Origin: an uncultured virus (IMG/VR IMGVR_UViG_3300005083_000004)
Lineage: Duplodnaviria; Heunggongvirae; Uroviricota; Caudoviricetes
DNA: 56,450 bases
Reading direction: 5' to 3' (one strand)
IMG/VR virus record: IMGVR_UViG_3300005083_000004
This document shows positions 40,061-50,065 of the stretch, piece after piece. The notes beneath the pieces are model-generated. The model saw nothing but the letters and a program-made list of their open reading frames with translations. It was not told the origin of the DNA and ran no database searches. The position numbers and the translations under genes are program-made. Numbering within the stretch: the first letter of the stretch is position 1; the number at the start of each line of letters is the position of its first letter.

Positions 40061-40123
40061 AATATTTTTCTCCTTTAAATATTTTATTAAATAAAGAGAT
40101 AGCATAATTCTTTATTCATATAT

Positions 40124-40133
40124 ATAATATATA
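40124..40133 (-). promoter_or_regulatory. Putative early promoter motif TATATATTAT
   Basis: AAATAATTATATATTATA, same context as the 17564 site. Confidence 0.55.
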
Positions 40134-40157
40134 ATTATTTTTTTTAAATATATGAAA

Positions 40158-40172
40158 AAAACTTGGTTGTAA
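40158..40172 (+). promoter_or_regulatory. Putative late promoter AAAAC-N7-TAA
   Basis: AAAACTTGGTTGTAA. Confidence 0.5.
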
Positions 40173-40206
40173 TTTTGTATAATCAATATAAGGAGATGAA
40201 TGCATA

Positions 40207-43200
40207 ATGGCAATTTATAAAGATATTGATGATAAAAGTTTTTGGGAAAATATATCATCAATAACAACATATATGGTTGTTAAAGATTCGTATACAGCTG
40301 AAGAATATGATACTCCTCGTTATAAGCATGATGCTGAATTATATTTTAGGGCATTACGTAACACAGGAACAGTTACATTATTTGCAGAATTTTATACATT
40401 CGACATGTTTAGATATATAATACCAGCAAATGAAGCAACATCGAATGAAATAACTAATTGGATAGCGCATCCTTATTTGATTCCAGAAAAATGGCGTCAA
40501 AGTATAATTGATTATGTAGAACCAATTGTGATATCAAATTTTGAAGAAAAAAATGAGTATTATCGGATATTAATTGGATTACCACCATATGGAACTCCAG
40601 AATCAAAATTTATATTTTTAGATATGGATACGTATAAATCAATTAATATAAAACCAAGAGAAATTAATGGTGTAATTAGATATCCAGCTGTTCATGAGAT
40701 GTCAACTAATGAACAGACATTATTTATATCATTATCAAAATTTATAGAATTGAAAAATAAAAATCCAGATGCAAAATATTTAAATTTTTTAGGAAATTAT
40801 AAAATTAATTTGGAAGCTGCAAGACGTGCAAAAGATTTTGAAATTATTAGATTATTACCTGATATTGATCCAACTATAAATCGATCATTATTAACTGAAT
40901 TTAGTATCACATATAACAAGGTTCGAGATTATTTTGTTAAAATATTATATAATCCAACATTTGAAGATTGTAGTATGATGTACCGAGAATTTGTTGGTAC
41001 ATGTATGATGATAAAGACGATTCGATTGGTTGGAAATCATCGAGTTGATAGTTTAATAACAAATGATGTATTTGATGATGATTTAATAGCATTTATATTT
41101 GATATATTTCATATACCAAGTATAAAAGTATCAACAGATATTAAAAAAGATATTGTTATGCGACTACCAAAATTAATTCGTGATAAAGCCACAAATAAAG
41201 TTTTATATGATATTTGTGACGTAATGGGATTTGATAATGTTATATTATCTAAAGTAATTTTATTACAACAACAGATATTCGATTCTACTACAGGAAAACC
41301 AATTTTTCCAACAGCAACAATCAATGGTCAATCAGTTCAAGATGTATATCAACAATTTGATAGATTTTGGCAATATATTGATATTAAATCGGTTAATCCA
41401 GTTGGTGATATATTAGCTCGAAAAAATGTAGAACCAGATTATGGTAAAATTATTAGACCTGATCCAAGATGGTGGGAAACTCAAATTGATGAGGTAAAAA
41501 CTTCAACATATGCACAGAATGAAGCTGATGAAGTTACAGCTAAAGTATTTCATAAAAGATATAACTGGTGTGATAGCAAATATATACAAATATCGATTGG
41601 ACATTATATGACAAATCTAATATTTGAAATGTTATATTTTTTAAGAATGTTATTAGATCAAAAGAAATATACTGATCAGATTACTATTCCTATGCCAAAT
41701 TATGGTAAAAATAGAGATCATTCAATATATGATGTATGTTTATTTCTTGTAGCAGGAATTTGTCAGATACAATTTGCTCCAAAAGAAATTAAATATTATG
41801 ACGGTGCTATATATGATTATAGTACAAATACTAGAGCTGGGGAAATTATTAATCCAAGTACAAATTATAAATGGATATTAGGATTTAATTTTGATCAGAA
41901 TTTAGATGATATAGTAGAATATATTAATAATTGTGAATATATTGATAAAGAAGTTTGTTTATCATACTTGAATTTTGGCGGTATTTCAAGTTATAATGAT
42001 ATTCATGTATTATATACTATATCGATACTTTCATTTAGAAATTATTTAAAAACTCAAATTGAATTATCAGCATCAATAGAAGAATATCGTGAATATAATG
42101 AATTATATTATATGATGTTTGTATATGATGCCGTTAGAGAAGTGCATAAAAAATTAAAGGATCCTCCTCCATATTATGCCCCTGGAACTTATGCTCCGCC
42201 AGTTATTAGATATAAATTGTATGATATGCAAGTTATGAATTTTGGTACAACTCAAATTGCATTAAATACTAATATAACCATCACAGTTCCGAGATCAATT
42301 AATGGTGCTACATCCAATATTACATTAACCGTTGGACGTGTTGTTGAAGTAGGTGATGATGGAATTCCAACAAAAATTAATTTCATGTATCCAAATGCAA
42401 TTGATGCTGTTGATGATAAATCTACAGTAGTTCATATGTTTAATAATGCAACATATAATCCATCAAAAATTAATTTAGAATTTGATAATAATTTAGATTG
42501 CGTAGATCAAGATACCGGAGAAGAAATATATGGTCCTATAAAATGTAACCAATCTGATTTAACAATTGGAATATCAACAATTAAATATCATACAACCTAC
42601 GATGGAAACTTTTATGCTCGATATATGAATGAATTAGTTGATAAAAATCCAATATTATATTCATATATGATAACCGGAGATGATATAACATTTAAAGCTG
42701 CATTAAATGAAGCAATTGAAATGTTAGCATTATATCTTGATGTTGATATTAGATATATTGCTAGATTGGTCAATGGTGATGAGTCAATGGTTGAAGCATT
42801 AATGAAAATGATCAAATATATTAAATCATATACGATTGATTTTCTAACAGCAGCACACCGTTATGTATTTAATGATAAACAAACTGGAGATTATTATCGG
42901 ATATTTGATGGATTTGCTCCTGATGGTAATACAATTACTATTGAAGCTGGAGATGTTTTATTAGTGTGGGATGCATTTGGTAGAGCAGTAGTACCATTTA
43001 CTTCAGTAATTCAACCTACAATTTCACTTAGGAGAATAATGACCACAAAAACAATAACCAAAAAAGGTATTCCATTATATGATAGGAATCCTTCAGAAGA
43101 TCCATCTGACCCATTGCGACTTGAACCAAAAATATCAGATGCAATCATAATGCATGCATATAATAATGCAAAATATAAATCATATATCACTGACTTAAAA

Positions 43201-43578
43201 AATATCAGTATTGATTTACCTCCTGGATTACCATTAGAATCAATCTTTTATGATCATATAGAAATTCCCAAATATGATGGAAATTTAGGATATGTATTAG
43301 AAATCATGATTTATTTAGGTAACGAACCAAGTCGACATATTCCTCCATATGAAGATTATGTCAATGAATGGTTTACTTATAGTGGATTTATGTATAATAC
43401 AATTGAACCATATATAGAAGATTGTCCAATATATATATCTATTCAAAGACGAGATTTACCAATAGAAGTTCAAAGTGAATTACTATTTGGACTTGTGACA
43501 ACTTCTATAGAAGGTCATGTGACAGGTTTTCCAGATGGATATTTAGTAAAAGTATCTGCTGATTTAATTCCAGAATAA
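40207..43578 (+). CDS. Large virion structural protein (baseplate-wedge-like)
   Basis: 1123 aa; EEKNEYYRILIGLP, LIRDKATNKVLYDICDVMGF (like the KGT wedge motif), DPRWW, IKSYTIDF. Confidence 0.55.
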   Translation: MAIYKDIDDKSFWENISSITTYMVVKDSYTAEEYDTPRYKHDAELYFRALRNTGTVTLFAEFYTFDMFRYIIPANEATSNEITNWIAHPYLIPEKWRQSIIDYVEPIVISNFEEKNEYYRILIGLPPYGTPESKFIFLDMDTYKSINIKPREINGVIRYPAVHEMSTNEQTLFISLSKFIELKNKNPDAKYLNFLGNYKINLEAARRAKDFEIIRLLPDIDPTINRSLLTEFSITYNKVRDYFVKILYNPTFEDCSMMYREFVGTCMMIKTIRLVGNHRVDSLITNDVFDDDLIAFIFDIFHIPSIKVSTDIKKDIVMRLPKLIRDKATNKVLYDICDVMGFDNVILSKVILLQQQIFDSTTGKPIFPTATINGQSVQDVYQQFDRFWQYIDIKSVNPVGDILARKNVEPDYGKIIRPDPRWWETQIDEVKTSTYAQNEADEVTAKVFHKRYNWCDSKYIQISIGHYMTNLIFEMLYFLRMLLDQKKYTDQITIPMPNYGKNRDHSIYDVCLFLVAGICQIQFAPKEIKYYDGAIYDYSTNTRAGEIINPSTNYKWILGFNFDQNLDDIVEYINNCEYIDKEVCLSYLNFGGISSYNDIHVLYTISILSFRNYLKTQIELSASIEEYREYNELYYMMFVYDAVREVHKKLKDPPPYYAPGTYAPPVIRYKLYDMQVMNFGTTQIALNTNITITVPRSINGATSNITLTVGRVVEVGDDGIPTKINFMYPNAIDAVDDKSTVVHMFNNATYNPSKINLEFDNNLDCVDQDTGEEIYGPIKCNQSDLTIGISTIKYHTTYDGNFYARYMNELVDKNPILYSYMITGDDITFKAALNEAIEMLALYLDVDIRYIARLVNGDESMVEALMKMIKYIKSYTIDFLTAAHRYVFNDKQTGDYYRIFDGFAPDGNTITIEAGDVLLVWDAFGRAVVPFTSVIQPTISLRRIMTTKTITKKGIPLYDRNPSEDPSDPLRLEPKISDAIIMHAYNNAKYKSYITDLKNISIDLPPGLPLESIFYDHIEIPKYDGNLGYVLEIMIYLGNEPSRHIPPYEDYVNEWFTYSGFMYNTIEPYIEDCPIYISIQRRDLPIEVQSELLFGLVTTSIEGHVTGFPDGYLVKVSADLIPE

Positions 43579-43580
43579 AA

Positions 43581-43618
43581 AAATAAAATATGAGGGAAAA
43601 ATCCCTCATATTTTATTT
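43581..43618. terminator. Bidirectional intrinsic terminator
   Basis: AAATAAAATATGAGGGA-aaaa-TCCCTCATATTTTATTT. Confidence 0.8.
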
Positions 43619-43626
43619 GAAAATAA

Positions 43627-44043
43627 TTACATGAAATATGATGCACAAACATTAAGAGATTCTTTTACGATATCTCCTTTCGATAAATAATTTTGTTCAA
43701 TTTCATCTTCACTAGTTTCAAGACGATTTGTTTTCTTTGCAATTTCTGTTAAACCATTATCTGCAATTTTTGAATATACTTTGTCTAAACTTGTTGCATC
43801 TATCAAAGTCTTTTTTGTTGGTTCAGTAACCGGTTCAGAATAACATTCAGCAAATACACTATAATCTTCTTTAGTAGGTGTTTGTGAATCTATACACGTC
43901 AATATCGAATCTGATAAATCTGATTCATTGAATACTAAATATGAATCTTTTTCATTTTTCCGACCATATATAATATTCTCTGAAAATTCATACTCGGATT
44001 CATCTTCATTTTTGATATTTTCAAGAAAAGTCGTATAATCCAT
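43627..44043 (-). CDS. Acidic hypothetical protein, possible head scaffold/core protein
   Basis: 138 aa with many hydrophobic-x-E motifs (FLEN, FSEN, FNES, FAEC, VKES). Confidence 0.55.
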   Translation of the reverse strand: MDYTTFLENIKNEDESEYEFSENIIYGRKNEKDSYLVFNESDLSDSILTCIDSQTPTKEDYSVFAECYSEPVTEPTKKTLIDATSLDKVYSKIADNGLTEIAKKTNRLETSEDEIEQNYLSKGDIVKESLNVCASYFM

Positions 44044-44152
44044 TATATTATCTCCTATTTAAAATGTGTTTTTTTACTTTAAATGTATCCAAATTCTAAA
44101 AATATTCGACTTTTTCTTAAATCAAAAATAATAAAAAATGGGAGAATTTATT

Positions 44153-47119
44153 ATGGCTGTTTATGATAATGAAATACTTCGTTCAAAAGATATGTATGCT
44201 ATTGTTAATAAGACATTGTCAAATATAAATTTTTGGAATTATTCAATAGCAATCAATTCAAGTAGTGGTATTGATGATAATTATCAATTCACTTATGATT
44301 TTAATGGATACTCGATTCTATTGCAAGTTACATCATATAGTAGTGGTATAGCTACAGGTATCAAAATTTTATCAGCAATTCCATCATTATATGGAATTCG
44401 AAAAATTGTTAAAACCGGAGTTACGACAACTCCAGTTGGAAATATTGCAACATTATTAATCGATATCAATTCAACATCCGTAAATTTTTATGATATCATT
44501 AAAAATATATATGTTCCAATACAAAAACTAACAGATGATCTGAATCTTGATGATTCATTAAAATCTACAATAGGATTTGCTGAAACAGTATCAAATGATG
44601 ATAATGATAATAGTTTAACTATCACATTATCAAAAAGAAATGCATCTGGTATATCAGTTGGTATAAATACAATTCAGATGCAAGAATCTTTAAGTAATAA
44701 TCAGATATTTAATAAATTTACAATCGCAAATAATACGTATGGAACATCGATATTGACGCAATCACCAACTGAGTTATTATTCTATAATTCATCTGATGGT
44801 GTAAGTGGTACAGGAACGAAAGTATATCGTAAAAAGGAATTTGATGATAGAATTGTAACGGCAACACAATTATCGACATTAATGACAACACTGGGTATAT
44901 TAGAAACTGCAGGCACATATAATAATGATCCAGATCAAGTAATTTCAAATGCTGATTTATGGGGAATATTAAAAGATCTAATTAACGAAATTAGAAACAC
45001 ATACAAATTCAAATATCTTTCGCCAACCGATACAGTTAGTTCATGGCCAGGTGAATCAGTTGGTGATTTAGGTATTGTATTTGCTCAAGACACTGTTCCA
45101 ACTATTTATATATGGAATGGAATAAATTGGATTGAAAATACATCAATTAAACTATATCCTGGTAATACAATATATACCGAAAAATATGTTACTTCAACAA
45201 CTAATTTTGATAATTTAGTACCAGCAATATTTAATATTACTTCAGGTACCAATTATACAACTACCGGAAATCTTGAATATACTGGATTAGAAATACCTTC
45301 ATTGAGACGATATATACTATTACCAAATACAACTGATTATGTTGCATATGCTGTAGATATTTCCAGATTACCAGAGTTATATGATACAGCAACCGCTAAA
45401 GCATTATATAATGACGGTACTCAACTTATTGAGTATATATGGAATGGAACAGCATGGATAGTTGGATCTACTGCATATTCTTTTATCAGTGGAGATGTTT
45501 ATATTGCTAAATTGAATCCGTATGTAATAAAATATAGCGATGATCCACAGACAATTGGTGAACGTATTGTAACAATTCAGGAGTATAATTTATATGATGT
45601 TCCTACATGGGTTGGATATGTTGCATTTACTTCAGATGGGTTTGAACGTATATATGTAGATTTCCTTTCATTTACGGATTATGCAGTAACACAATTAGAT
45701 ACAAAACCAACTAATTTCACATATTATAAATATACCTCCAATATATTAACTGTAACAACAACAGTTCTTACAAGTGCAGATATGGCATATATATTCTATG
45801 ATACATGGGGAGGAACTTGGTCACTTACACAAGTGAATGCATCAAATGTTCAATTCACTAAATTAACAGATGGACGTTATCCTACCAAAGGAATAACGAT
45901 TTATATCACAAACTTAAATTCGTCATTGGGTGAATTGTCAAATCCATATTTACAAGCAGATTTGGCAGCAGAAAATATGGATAATGGTACAAGTTGGTTA
46001 ACTGTTGCAGAGGGGTATGAAGATGTTGTGTTAGAACAAATTTTATTAGTAGATAAACCTGGTACAACATCATATATTCCAGTTAAAACTGCTAATAACA
46101 TTGTTCCAACAATTCCATATGCAACTGATTCTGTCCCTGGTGTAATTAGATTAGATACTGCTGGTGGTGCTGCTAGCTATGAAGATATCGAAGATATTAA
46201 TGCGGAATTGGTAACTAAAGCTGATCAAATTTCATCTGATGATGAAAATAAACTTTATCGCAAAATTGTTGCAATACAATATACTCCAGTATTGACAGAT
46301 GCATATTTTACAGGAAATGCATTAAATGACACATATACTGATATTACCGGAAAAACTGAGATTAAAGTTGCAACATTAAATGGAACTACTGCAGCAACAT
46401 TCTCAATTACATCAACTGCAGAAGTATATATTGCACAAGCAGGTGCATATATATTAAATATGCCATTCTTCTTGAAATCATCGACATCTCAATCTGCTCC
46501 ATCTATAATTTGGGTAAATGCTCAAGTAGATTCAGATGCTACTAAAACTATTCAAAATTTAATAGATGTCGCTGAAAAAGATAATATTCTAGATTTAGGT
46601 ATAACTTCTACATTGAAATCATCAACAGATCAGATTTATAGAATTCCTGATTCATTGTCTCAAAATCTTCCGGTAAATACAATTATGTATTTCGATGAAT
46701 TCGTTACATATGCTCCTGCCGCGGCAATAGGAGGAACAGAAGCAACGATATCATCTCAATTGATTAATAATAGTATGCCAAATACTTTTGTAATATTAGT
46801 TGTTCCAAATAAAGATACTACAAATGATACTATTGTTGCATCTCAGTTACAATTGTGGGCATATTCAGGATCAAGTTGGCATAGAACTAGTGATTTTATT
46901 CAGAATTGTAATCCATCAATATTTATATCTGGTCATACAGTAGATTTACAATACACGAGAGTGACATATATTTATAGTGAATCAGATGGATCAGGTGGTC
47001 TTACACTTGTTCATTGTAGAACCATAACCGAAGGTAGTGGTGGTAGTATAAGTGGAGATCTAACACCAATTACTGATGACGAAATGAATGCAATATTACA
47101 ATCAGCGGGATTAGTATGA
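44153..47119 (+). CDS. Tail fibre / appendage-like virion protein
   Basis: Start at ATG 44153 after GGGAG; T/S-rich; repeated YIWNG..W motifs; PYATDSVPGVIRL fibre-repeat-like motif. Confidence 0.6.
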   Translation: MAVYDNEILRSKDMYAIVNKTLSNINFWNYSIAINSSSGIDDNYQFTYDFNGYSILLQVTSYSSGIATGIKILSAIPSLYGIRKIVKTGVTTTPVGNIATLLIDINSTSVNFYDIIKNIYVPIQKLTDDLNLDDSLKSTIGFAETVSNDDNDNSLTITLSKRNASGISVGINTIQMQESLSNNQIFNKFTIANNTYGTSILTQSPTELLFYNSSDGVSGTGTKVYRKKEFDDRIVTATQLSTLMTTLGILETAGTYNNDPDQVISNADLWGILKDLINEIRNTYKFKYLSPTDTVSSWPGESVGDLGIVFAQDTVPTIYIWNGINWIENTSIKLYPGNTIYTEKYVTSTTNFDNLVPAIFNITSGTNYTTTGNLEYTGLEIPSLRRYILLPNTTDYVAYAVDISRLPELYDTATAKALYNDGTQLIEYIWNGTAWIVGSTAYSFISGDVYIAKLNPYVIKYSDDPQTIGERIVTIQEYNLYDVPTWVGYVAFTSDGFERIYVDFLSFTDYAVTQLDTKPTNFTYYKYTSNILTVTTTVLTSADMAYIFYDTWGGTWSLTQVNASNVQFTKLTDGRYPTKGITIYITNLNSSLGELSNPYLQADLAAENMDNGTSWLTVAEGYEDVVLEQILLVDKPGTTSYIPVKTANNIVPTIPYATDSVPGVIRLDTAGGAASYEDIEDINAELVTKADQISSDDENKLYRKIVAIQYTPVLTDAYFTGNALNDTYTDITGKTEIKVATLNGTTAATFSITSTAEVYIAQAGAYILNMPFFLKSSTSQSAPSIIWVNAQVDSDATKTIQNLIDVAEKDNILDLGITSTLKSSTDQIYRIPDSLSQNLPVNTIMYFDEFVTYAPAAAIGGTEATISSQLINNSMPNTFVILVVPNKDTTNDTIVASQLQLWAYSGSSWHRTSDFIQNCNPSIFISGHTVDLQYTRVTYIYSESDGSGGLTLVHCRTITEGSGGSISGDLTPITDDEMNAILQSAGLV

Positions 47120-47123
47120 TAAA

Positions 47124-47157
47124 AAATTATCAGGGAGAATATTCTCCCTGATAATTT
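47124..47157. terminator. Bidirectional intrinsic terminator
   Basis: Perfect palindrome AAATTATCAGGGAGAATATTCTCCCTGATAATTT. Confidence 0.8.
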
Positions 47158-47163
47158 ATTAAG

Positions 47164-49470
47164 TTATAAATTAAATCTGTTAAATAAAAGATTGTCATCT
47201 CTACTTTCAATTTCAGTTGTTTGAACATTATTTGAATTATGTGTACAATATAATGGATTATAAACTTTATCATCCTTAGTAAAAATTCTACCATTTATAA
47301 TTGCAATATTATCAAGATTTAAATTATCATCATATATACTAGTTTCATTGGCATCAAATTCTCCTGTATATTTAGCAACAATTTCCATTGGAGTATAATT
47401 CTCTGTATAAATATTTGAATAAGTTGGATCAACAACAAGTTCAACTGTTTCAGATTCTCCAATCAGTAATCTTCTATATCTTGATATATATTTTTGGATA
47501 AAATATTCATTATCACATTCATATATTCTAGTTATAAATGGATTTTTATCATCATATTGTGGAACAATTATATTTTTTATACTGGTATTTGGATATTTGA
47601 CTGTGGTATATGGTATCTCAGCATTACCTGTATCTTCTCTAACCATATATAATGATATCATAAATCCATATGTATCATTAGAATAATAATTTATAGAAGA
47701 TAATGTAACATCTACAGATGGTTTACATACATTTGATGATCCACCAGATAAAACAGTAAATGAATTTGACGTTGCTAATATTTCACCATTTGAAATATTC
47801 CTCCATTCGAAATGTGCTGGCACTCCAAAATTTGAATATGACACAAATCTCCATGTATCAGTAGTTGAAAAAGTTAATTCGGGTGTTCTATATATAGGAA
47901 TAACTGGATATTTAACAGTTGTCTGATCGAGAGTTATATTGGTAATACTATTCATATTTGAAATTGTTAAATTTGTATAGACACCATTTTCTTCACTATA
48001 TAAACATAATGAAACAGATATATTATCATTTTCATTATAATAGAATTGAGAATTAAATATAATAGTTTCAGTTGGGGATATTGTATTTGATCCTGCACTT
48101 ATCCAATCATAATAATCGGAATACATTAATACAGTTTCATTATCAGAAGTTCTCCATTCAAATCGATATCTACCTGATGTAAGATATGGTGCATAGACAG
48201 TATCAGAAGATGTTAAACTTATTGGTGATAAATAATATCCAACTTGTGAATTTATTCTAAATATATGAGTATGAATTTGATTTCCTTTTTGAATAGATAA
48301 AAAGTAATTACCATTATAATCAGCTACAATTGATGATATTCCGCCATCTTGATAATCCTTATCATAAAATATATATTCGAAATGTGTAGAAGGTTGATCA
48401 GTTCCAATTAATTCTTCTCTATTAAATATATATAATCTATTCTGTCCATTTTTTAATGGTTGAATTGCCAATATAACTGAAAGATCTCCATATGTTGATA
48501 TAATTGCTTTTTCATCAGTTATATCAGGGAAATCAAAACTTGATGTAGTTGGAAGTTCCCATGATGTACTTTCGAGTGTCGAAATCTGAAGCATACGTTG
48601 TTTTATTAGATGCGACGTTTTATTCAATATATGAATAATAACATAACTATTAGATCCATTAGTTTGATATGCCATATAAATTGATTCATTATCTGGGTTT
48701 GTTACATAAACTTTATCAGTTTGAAGAATAGTTGGAACATTTGGATCTGTAATGGATGTATTTTGATGACTACTATTCCATAGAGACAGATTAGTATTTT
48801 GCGGTTCAAATACTTTTGATATATTTGTAGTAAAACATCTTATATTAGGTCTTTTATAATAATAATTCCAATAAAAAGCAATATATGGAGTCCATAAATT
48901 CGTATCAACACTTCCAATACTATTATATGCATATCCATCAAATTTTTTAACATCAAATCCTGATTGAGTGGATAAACTTACTTGATATTGACTTGAAGAA
49001 TGTAAAATATTTTTTCTAAAATATAAATCATCATGTTCACGTCCTAAATCAAATAAGTTAGCAAATTTGACTTTTGATGTATTGAATGTTCCATTTGAAT
49101 ATTGTATGGTAACTTTCCATAAAAATTGCGAAGTTGATGATATAAAAGTATTTGGTATTGGAATAAGAAATTTGCTCAAGAATATATTAGATCCTAATGA
49201 ACTTAATGACGTTAATATACCTTTTATTGAATCTATTTCAACTCCATCTAATGGAATTATACTTGATATTGAAATAGATTGATTTAAGTAATATGAATCA
49301 AAATTCTGTGTCGGGTATTCCGATATTGATCTATAATATACAGTTATTGAAGTTGGATTTATAATACTATTATAATTTCTGAATAATATTCCAAAATATG
49401 GTGTTGTACTTGATGTAATATCATATTCAAATCCCAATTTCATATTATTGTCAAATTGAACATTAGTCAT
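47164..49470 (-). CDS. Beta-rich putative virion protein with an internal duplicated module
   Basis: 768 aa, S/T/Y/N-rich; two FEWR...S.GS...P...YY.N...SL units; late motif at 49500-49514. Confidence 0.6.
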   Translation of the reverse strand: MTNVQFDNNMKLGFEYDITSSTTPYFGILFRNYNSIINPTSITVYYRSISEYPTQNFDSYYLNQSISISSIIPLDGVEIDSIKGILTSLSSLGSNIFLSKFLIPIPNTFISSTSQFLWKVTIQYSNGTFNTSKVKFANLFDLGREHDDLYFRKNILHSSSQYQVSLSTQSGFDVKKFDGYAYNSIGSVDTNLWTPYIAFYWNYYYKRPNIRCFTTNISKVFEPQNTNLSLWNSSHQNTSITDPNVPTILQTDKVYVTNPDNESIYMAYQTNGSNSYVIIHILNKTSHLIKQRMLQISTLESTSWELPTTSSFDFPDITDEKAIISTYGDLSVILAIQPLKNGQNRLYIFNREELIGTDQPSTHFEYIFYDKDYQDGGISSIVADYNGNYFLSIQKGNQIHTHIFRINSQVGYYLSPISLTSSDTVYAPYLTSGRYRFEWRTSDNETVLMYSDYYDWISAGSNTISPTETIIFNSQFYYNENDNISVSLCLYSEENGVYTNLTISNMNSITNITLDQTTVKYPVIPIYRTPELTFSTTDTWRFVSYSNFGVPAHFEWRNISNGEILATSNSFTVLSGGSSNVCKPSVDVTLSSINYYSNDTYGFMISLYMVREDTGNAEIPYTTVKYPNTSIKNIIVPQYDDKNPFITRIYECDNEYFIQKYISRYRRLLIGESETVELVVDPTYSNIYTENYTPMEIVAKYTGEFDANETSIYDDNLNLDNIAIINGRIFTKDDKVYNPLYCTHNSNNVQTTEIESRDDNLLFNRFNL

Positions 49471-49517
49471 AGTTAATTAACTCCTTACAAAAGATAATGT
49501 TATAACTCGGTTTTTTT

Positions 49518-49557
49518 AATAAAATATAAGGGATTTTTCAATCCCTTATATTTTATT
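49518..49557. terminator. Intrinsic terminator
   Basis: AATAAAATATAAGGGATT-tttc-AATCCCTTATATTTTATT. Confidence 0.75.
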
Positions 49558-49561
49558 ATTT

Positions 49562-50047
49562 TTAAAATGTCAATGGCATAGTAATATTACTCATCGGCAT
49601 ATAGAAGTTCATTACTGAAATTCTTCCATTGGTATTATTTGGTGTTAATGGATACCATTTATTTATATATGATTGATTTCTTCCTATTGTTTGATTTTTA
49701 TTTAATATTGTAATATTATTAATAGAATCTGTTGTAACACTCACATCACTATCATCTGAACTAGTTGAAATACATTCTGGATGATCATACAACCAATCAT
49801 ATGTCATATCTACTGTATTTGTTACATCATAATTTTCTTTTGATATACATTTCCATTTTAATTCTGATAATGGTGACTGTCTTATTGCTTCGACAACAGG
49901 AACATTAGTAATCCATGTATCATAATTAGTCATTCCTTGATTATATGTATATTTATATAATCCACGACATATTGATGATACTATTATATTATATATTTCA
50001 ATAAAATGATCATAGTCTATAAATTTTGGTAAACTTTCGTCACTCAT
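49562..50047 (-). CDS. Hypothetical protein, possibly virion
   Basis: 161 aa, AAGGAGG SD. Confidence 0.65.
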   Translation of the reverse strand: MSDESLPKFIDYDHFIEIYNIIVSSICRGLYKYTYNQGMTNYDTWITNVPVVEAIRQSPLSELKWKCISKENYDVTNTVDMTYDWLYDHPECISTSSDDSDVSVTTDSINNITILNKNQTIGRNQSYINKWYPLTPNNTNGRISVMNFYMPMSNITMPLTF

Positions 50048-50065
50048 AATAATATTCCTCCTTTT

